A DNA stretch of 61,634 nt, counting the filler, from Pirum gemmata (taxonomy: Eukaryota): assembly GCA_002812295.1 (NCBI GenBank). It is 16 parts of 16 records of this genome, joined end to end, with 100 filler letters (N's around TTAATTAATTAA, not from the genome) between each part and the next. Parts side by side here need not be neighbours in the genome. Positions count along the whole stretch, not along the records: positions 50,788 to 54,342 come from PDIN01002330.1; positions 54,443 to 57,955 come from PDIN01002331.1; positions 58,056 to 61,634 come from PDIN01002332.1; 13 more parts are not named here. The stretch is one strand, 5' to 3'. Position numbers and translations under genes: made by a program. Below, piece by piece: positions 54,212 through 61,634 of this stretch (positions are counted from its first letter, which is position 1; every line of letters begins with the position of its first letter). A model generated the notes under the pieces. That model made no database searches. It was not told where the DNA came from and was given only the letters and a program-made list of their open reading frames with translations.

Positions 54212-55112
54212 TTAAAAAAAAAAATGATGTGTAATGTGAATTTGTGATTGATTGCTACTAATTTGCTAGTGATTGATTGCACTACTGGTTGGCTAGTAGA
54301 CTGCTGGACTAGCTAGGCTGGACTAGTGATTGAGCTGTGATTNNNNNNNNNNNNNNNNNNNNNNNNNNNNNNNNNNNNNNNNNNNNTTAATTAATTAANN
54401 NNNNNNNNNNNNNNNNNNNNNNNNNNNNNNNNNNNNNNNNNNGTATTGTATTGTATTGTATTGTATTGTATTGTATTGTATAATTGTATTGTGTTGTATT
54501 GATATTGATATTGCATTTGAATTGTAATCATATTAAAAATTACATTAAATTATAGGTCTCATGTTATATAGGGTATTTTAACAATAATTATCGTCTACAC
54601 TGAATGCAAAAAAAGGAAATACAAATTTCTAAATATACTGGACTATTGAAAAAGTATTGAAAAACACGATAAATCAGATATTTTTTTAAAAGTGATATTT
54701 ATATGATATAGTGCTTTTCAGTTCTTTTGTCGTCATAAAATAAATAATAAATAATACCAAATTAATACAATATAAATCCATTTAATTTAATTTCACGATA
54801 ACACTTTTATAACTAGACTAGTCTAGTAGTAGACTACATAAATTTATGAAGTCATACTCTAGTCTCTAGCTACTAGGCTATGATTTATCAAATAATAATG
54901 ATAATAACAATAAAGAACACCAATACAGAGTCTATAATCGATTTAATAGTGATTTAATCCCTATATCAGAATGAAATTTTCTTTTTTAAGTATTTTAATA
55001 ATACTGTACATTTCTAGACCCGTCTACAGCTTTTAAAAGTGCTGGAAAAAGTGAATGAAAAACTGTAGTCCAAACTTACAGACTATCTAGTCTATGTATG
55101 TCATAGCATAAA

Positions 55113-55154
<42 letters not shown>

Positions 55155-56039
55155 AAAAACCAAAACGGTTTCTAAAATGTATACGATAGCTAGCTAGCTA
55201 GTATAATTCTCTAGTAGTATATATATTTTTTACAGCTTTTTTTCAGAAAATCACAGAAAAGTGAACTCAAAAAATTTACAGCTTTTTTTCTGAAAATCTT
55301 GGTAACTGAGGGGAAAAAACAGTAGAGGGGAAACGAGAGGGGAAAAAAGGAAAAAACACTGAAAAAACCAGGTATAGAGAGACTAGACAGTACCGACTAA
55401 CAAGTTCAATACACTTAAACGGTACCAAATTAAGGGACAACTATCAGAAACACAAACACTGGGTCTGAGTCTATAGAGACAGACTCAGACAGTAGACTCT
55501 AGGACTATGACTAGCTAGCTAGCTAGCTAGTAGCCAGTGGTCTCACTGGGGACAAAAAAAAATACCTACTTCTACTAGACTAGACTACTCCACAAGTTCC
55601 ACAACACAACCACAACCCCAGGCGGACCGCAAAAGACACGCCCCTATACATATTAGATAGAAACCATTGTAAAAACCACAACCACCTAAAGAAGTTCTCT
55701 GCGATAGTTCTTTCACTGTTCTGTTCTTTCGGGAGCCTCCGGGAAAATTAGTAGTTGCGCGCAATTGACCCAAATTTTAGTCAATTCGACTCAACTCGAA
55801 TTTCTATCACACGAATCTAGCACGAATCACGAATCGAAATTAGGGCTAGCTACTACGGCTGTGAAACTGTTAGGGTTAGACAACATCTACAGTCTAATAC
55901 TGAGATAATTACAGTTTTACCCATACTTTATTTAGTAGTTTTTTTCTAATTTACCAAAAAACACCATGTTTGGTTACCGGTTACCAAAATAAAGAAACAT
56001 TTGACTGGGCTCACTTTTTACTGGTCTACCTAACCCTAA

Positions 56040-57000
56040 CCCTACCAGCTAACCCTACTCTATCATCTATCGTGATATACAGCTAGCTAGCTAGCTAGAG
56101 GTATCATCTATCAATACAGTATCCAGTTAGCTCTACTAGCTAGTAGTATCAATAACTTAGTAGACTATGTCATAGTTGCTGGTAAGCCTGGTAAGCCTAG
56201 CTAGCTAGCTAGGCTGGTAAGCTAACCAACTAGTAGCTACTAGCTAGCTAGACTAAACTAACTAACACCAACTAACTATCATACTACTAGCTAGTAGTAG
56301 TAGCGAGCAGGGTCTCCAGCAAACTTAACTGCTAGACTAGCTACTACTAGCTAGCTACTCTAGCTAGCTATGATAGACTGATAGTACCAGTTATAGTATC
56401 ATAGCTCATTTGTAAGTACGTGGTAAGCTGGTAGCCCAGCCCAGCTGTGGTAGAAGTGCTGTAATAAAGCTGCTAGGTCCTACCTACACGTAGCTCTAGT
56501 TAGAGTAGCTAGCTACTAGTAGCTCATATTGTTGTTGTTGTGATAGCTAACTAGCACGCTACGTCACTACTACGCTACTACTAGCCAGCTACTTGGTAGC
56601 TAGTAGCTAATATAGCTATGATAGCTAGCTAGTATCAGTATCATAGTAGCTAGCTAGCTATGATAGTATCATAGTAGCTAGCTAGCTAGTATTGATAGTA
56701 TGAGTCTGTTTGACATAGTATCATATTATGATAGAAGCTCTGCACTGAGTCTACAGCTCTATGATACTATCATACTACTATCCGATGATAGCTACTACTA
56801 GCTATCATACTAGCTAGCTAGCTAGAGAGTGCCTATTAATTAACTAAGAGTACCTATAGACCTATTATGATATCATTAATTTTGGTACATAGGAGAACTG
56901 CTCTCTACCTAGCTAGCTCTAGCTAGCTAACTAGCTAGATTATGATATGATAAAAAATGAAAAACAATGCCCCCACAGATACATGCACTACTAGAGCTAG
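56040..57000. repeat. Low-complexity TAGCTA/TAGACTA/TATCATA/TAGTA mosaic tract (representative)
   Basis: Built largely from these words. Similar tracts at ~30130-30550, 46160-46520, 58310-58650 and 59390-60500. Confidence 0.85.
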
Positions 57001-57035
57001 ATAGAGCTAACTCACCACTTATTATATATATATAT

Positions 57036-57197
57036 GGGGGCTGCGAAGTGGCGCAGTGGTTATTTGGTTAAAACAACCTGGATCCGGAGGTATTGGGTTC
57101 GAATCCCCCCAACCAAGACGAAGACCGTCTATAAATACAACATAAAAGTCCAAATATCGTTGTCCCAATAACAACCACACCTGTGAATCAAAAAAAA
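57036..57197 (+). mobile_element. tRNA-derived SINE-like element
   Basis: Pol III A box TGGCGCAGTGG (57049-57059) and B box GGTTCGAATCC (57096-57106). No closing acceptor stem; ~80-nt body and an A8 tail. Confidence 0.65.
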
Positions 57198-57272
57198 TTA
57201 TGATATAGAGATAGTCTAGGAGTGTGAACTTAGTCAGACCGAGTATATAATAAAAAAAAAAATAAAAAAAAA

Positions 57273-57331
<59 letters not shown>

Positions 57332-57609
57332 AACCGAGCCGTAGTTTAGACTCAGTAGTTTAGCTACACTGTAGTGTTCTATTTCTACTAAAGCTCTATT
57401 TGTAGATTGTAGATTTATAAATACTTGTAAATGTAATATAAATAGCTATATATAAATCCGATCGGTCGAAAGGTTTTTGTATCTATTTGGATCTATCAGT
57501 ACTATATATATACTTTATACTTTAAACCTATTTAGCCGATTTTACTAATTTTGGCAAAAAATTCGATTTCTCAAAAAAAAGAAAATCGAAAATGTTTGGT
57601 GTTTCTAGG

Positions 57610-57865
57610 AAAGGCTATTTAGCAAAACTAGGGTAAACTAGGGCAAACTAGCTAGTTTTGCTAGTTTTGCTAGTTTTGCTAGTTTTGCTTGGTGGAAAGT
57701 AGGCTAGTTTTCAGATTGCTAGTTTTTGGAGTTAGTTTAAGTATAAATGACTTTATTTGGATATCCAAGTGAAAAAACTAGCAATCTGAAAACTAGCTAT
57801 TTAGCAAACTTGCTAGTTTGACCTAGTTTGACCTAGTTTGACCTAGTTTGACCTAGTTTGCAAAT
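57610..57865. repeat. Foldback structure with tandem subrepeats
   Basis: A 25-bp inverted repeat GCTAGTTTTCAGATTGCTAGTTTTT (~57704) / AAAAACTAGCAATCTGAAAACTAGC (~57773), flanked by (CTAGTTTTG)n and (CTAGTTTGAC)n arrays. Confidence 0.7.
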
Positions 57866-58099
57866 TTGTAAAATTTTTGCAAGTTCGAAAATGAAACGAC
57901 GTCCATAAATTACCATATATGGTATAAAATTGGGTAACTATGTTTAGTAGTTCAGNNNNNNNNNNNNNNNNNNNNNNNNNNNNNNNNNNNNNNNNNNNNT
58001 TAATTAATTAANNNNNNNNNNNNNNNNNNNNNNNNNNNNNNNNNNNNNNNNNNNNCTAACAATAATAATAATAATAATAATAAAAATAATAAAAATAAC

Positions 58100-58132
<33 letters not shown>

Positions 58133-61100
58133 TATTAATTATATAAAAATAATAATAACAATAACGTTTAAAAAACGATAACAAAAACAATATATTTTTA
58201 TTTTTTTTTTATCCAGAAAAAAAGTTACTTTATTTGAAAGAAAGCTACTAAAAAAAGAAATTACTATTTTAATATTTCTATATATATATATACAAGGAGT
58301 AATGATCTATAGATACTAGCTAGACTAGCTAGACTCTACAGAAAAATCTAATAGACTGTGTAGGCATAATAACCAATAGCTAATCGACTAAATAGCTAGC
58401 TAGACTAGCTACTAGAAAAATCTAATAGACTAGCTAGGAGTATCCCTCTAGCTACAGTAGCTAGGCTACTAGCTAGATGTAGCTAGACTAGTAGCTAGCT
58501 CTAGACTAGCTACCGTAGCTCTCTAGCTAGCTAGCAATGATAGTAGAAGCTGGCTACAGTAGCTAGCTCTAGCTAGTAGTAGCTACAGTGGCTAATTCTA
58601 TCATAAAACGGCTACAACTGCCAACCGGCTAGCTAGCTAGCTAGGACCTTAGATAATGGGTTAGGGTTAGGGTTAGGGTTAGGGTTATCATTACCATTTT
58701 TAAAAACTAAGGTTTAGGACCTTAGTTAGATTATTACTCTAGTATTAATAGTAGGTTATTAATTAATTAATTAATATTACCTAAAAACAAACTGCAAGGT
58801 TTGGGTGAGCTAAGGTTATAAATCACTCTGTCCCTCGCACTTTGCTCTAGTCACTTTGCCTAGCTAGTTAGATCACTTTGCTATAATATCTATAATATAT
58901 ATTAATTTTATGTATAATATAATACACCATTATTATTTATTATTGACTATTATTTGCCATCATTATGATACGATATATATAACATAGTAGTAGTAGTAAA
59001 TACATCATAGTGATATAATATTATCAATATAGATAATTTATATAGTAAATGATATATAGCTATAGCTATGATACTAGTTTCTGCAAAAAGTGCAGTCTCG
59101 TCGGTATGATATCATAGTAGTCTCTGCTAAGAGTCGCCTGCTGTAAAGTAGCTAGCTAGCTAGCTATTGAGAGTTTAATTAATAAAGTAAAAAACATTAT
59201 TAATATCATAACGTTATAATTATTGTTATAGACTAATGATATTTTGTTATTAATATTATCTAGCTAGTAGCATGTCTGTATATTATTATATATGATAATA
59301 TGATAAATATCAGATATAATATATATAAATATAAATATAATGCTAAACTTATGTTGTTGCTCATTCTTATTATTCTACGGTAGATGTTCGGAGTAGATAC
59401 CTAGCTAGTCTAGTCTAGTCTAGTAGCGTAGCTACTAGCTAGCTAGGAGTAGATACCTATCAGAGCTACCTATATAGAACCTATATATAGCCTAGCTAGC
59501 CTATAGCTGCGGTTTTGATACTACTAGCTACTAGACTACCAGTAATCATACAGCTAACACTATTGTGCTTTTCATTTATTTTGTCACTCTGAATATTTAT
59601 TTTGTTGGTTTTTTAAATTAATAAATATATAATAAAATATACCAAATTAAATAAAATGGATTTATATTGTATTAATTTGGTACTCTTTATTGTATATTTT
59701 GTGATGACAAAACAACCATGATAGCTAGCTAGTAGTAGTATAAACCCAGGTCTATAGCCTTAATTAATTAGATGACTACTATCGTATGATAGACTGTAGG
59801 CTATCGATAGAACTATCGATAGCTATAGTAATAATATCATAATGTAATCTTTAGTTAGATATCAGATAGACTATGATAGCTAGCTAGGGATTAGTAGGCA
59901 CTACTAGCTAGGGACTAGTAGGTATCGATACTACTAGCTAGCTAGGGACTAGAGTAGGTACTACTAGCTAGGGACTAGCTAGGTAGCTACTAGCTACGTA
60001 CTAGCTATCATAGTCTATCTGAGTAGTCTCTACTACCATATCATACCTATAGTAGCTAGCTAGCTACTACTATCATAGCTAGCTAGTAGTAGCAACTGTA
60101 GCATAGAGTCTGACTCCTCAAACTCTCCACGCCAGATAAATAATCCGTGACAAATAAGTAAAATTTTGGTAGCGTGTTAATGACGCAATAGTCTATTAGG
60201 GATGATGTTTAAAAGTGACGTCATCAATAAAGATTCCCTTACCTCAAAGAGCTCCTCAAAGCTAGCTAGCTAGCTACTAGCTACTAAATTAAGAGTCTAG
60301 CTAGCAATAAGAGTCTAGCTAGCTAGAGCTAGCTACTAGAGTAGTTAGCTACTAGAGCTAGCTAGAGCTCTACTAGCTAGCTAGCTACTACTACCCACCG
60401 CCTCTATAGCTAGCTAGCAGGCCTCTATATCAGTGATATATATATTGATATGATACTACCTAGCTAGCTACTAGCTAGCTAGTAGTAGGCCTCTATAATG
60501 ATATCATAATATCGATAATATCGATATTTATTTATAGGTATATCGATACATATTGATCAAAAACATTATGATAGGAATATATTAATATATAGTACCAAAA
60601 TTAATACAATATAAATTAAAAAATTTGGTATATTTTATTATCTATTTATTCGGTTTAAAAATCAAGGTAAATATCATAACCAACCAAATAAATATTTGGA
60701 GAGACAAAATAAATGAAAAGCACAATAATAAATAAATTTATTAGGAGTGGGTTACGAGCTTGATAATATATTATTATTATATGTATGATAATAAAATTTC
60801 AGCTATGGTGCTACCCCTACCTACCTATACCCCTTGACGTTATCGATAATTTCCGGTCAAATAGCACCTACCTACGTATACCCCTTGACGTGACGTATTA
60901 TTTGAACACTCCTAGTATGGTATAAAATCATGATGATGTATTATGTATACTAAATGATGTATCGATATATTATTATGTAATATATCGATAGCTAGACTCG
61001 GGTCTATTACTCTCTCAGAGTATTCTAATGATACTAGCTAGACTATCGATACTACTAGCTAGACTACTAGCTAGCTAGCTAGCTAGCTCCTAGCTAGAGT

Positions 61101-61634
61101 TTGCTAAGATAGTCTAGTCTAATAAAAATAATAAAAGTACAGACTAGTGCTTTTCAGTTGTTTTGTCATTATAAAATAAACATTAATTAAATAATACCAA
61201 ATTAATAAAATATAAATCCATTTAATTTAATTTGGTATGTTTTATTATCTATTAATTGATTTAAAAATGTCAATTTAAAGATTATAACCCTCCAAATCCA
61301 AATATTCGGAGTGACAAAATAAATGAAAGAGTAATGAAAGAGTAATGAAAGTCACATAAAAAAAAAAAAAAAGATTTGTCTAAAAGCTGCTAAATAGCTC
61401 TAGCTAACTATATAAATAAATAATACCAAATTAATACAATATAAATCCATTTAATTTAATTTGGCATATTGTAGTATCTATTAATTGATTTTAAAAATAC
61501 CAAATTAAAGATTATAACCCTCCAAATAAATATTCAGAAGGCACATAAAAAAAAATGATTTGTCTAAAAGTTCTGTCCAAGTTGTAGCTAGCTAGGGAGC
61601 GTTCAATAATTACGTAACGCCAATTTGGGGCAAC

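Noticed and set aside
57036..57115. Functional tRNA gene
   Set aside because: No acceptor-stem pairing or convincing anticodon arm; treated as SINE-like.
5906..58055. Gene clustering (e.g. LysM-like gene next to the oxidoreductase) and the ~3.6-kb periodicity
   Set aside because: The pieces are separated by artificial TTAATTAATTAA linkers; order and spacing reflect concatenation of similar-sized scaffolds.

Overview
AT-rich eukaryotic DNA with spliceosomal GT-AG introns, poly-Asn tracts and TTAGGG repeats. It is most compatible with a unicellular eukaryote or fungus-like lineage, but the taxon cannot be fixed from this window. The window is not a contiguous locus: it is 16 short scaffolds (most ~3.6 kb) joined by an artificial N-TTAATTAATTAA-N spacer, so adjacency across spacers means nothing. 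Recognisable genes or fragments: an SH3 protein 3' end, RPL4 last exon, a secreted tandem LysM-like protein, an intronless secreted-looking FAD oxidoreductase, a TPR-SET protein with a degenerate NHSC motif, an RVxF-BAH-Tudor-like protein, and exon 1 of a CYP710/ERG5-type sterol C22-desaturase. Most of the rest is mobile DNA: at least seven MITE families, LINE ORF1/RT relics, a tRNA-derived SINE-like element, foldback hairpins, and a decayed CxC-KDZ (Kyakuja-Dileera-Zisupton) transposase missed by the ORF track. The most unusual signal is a recurrent TA -> TA-(1-4 nt)-TA micro-insertion pattern that resembles transposon excision footprints. It frameshifts the relics and may have built the kilobase TAGCTA/TAGACTA/TATCATA-rich tracts. 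All protein assignments come from motif recognition by eye, not database searches.
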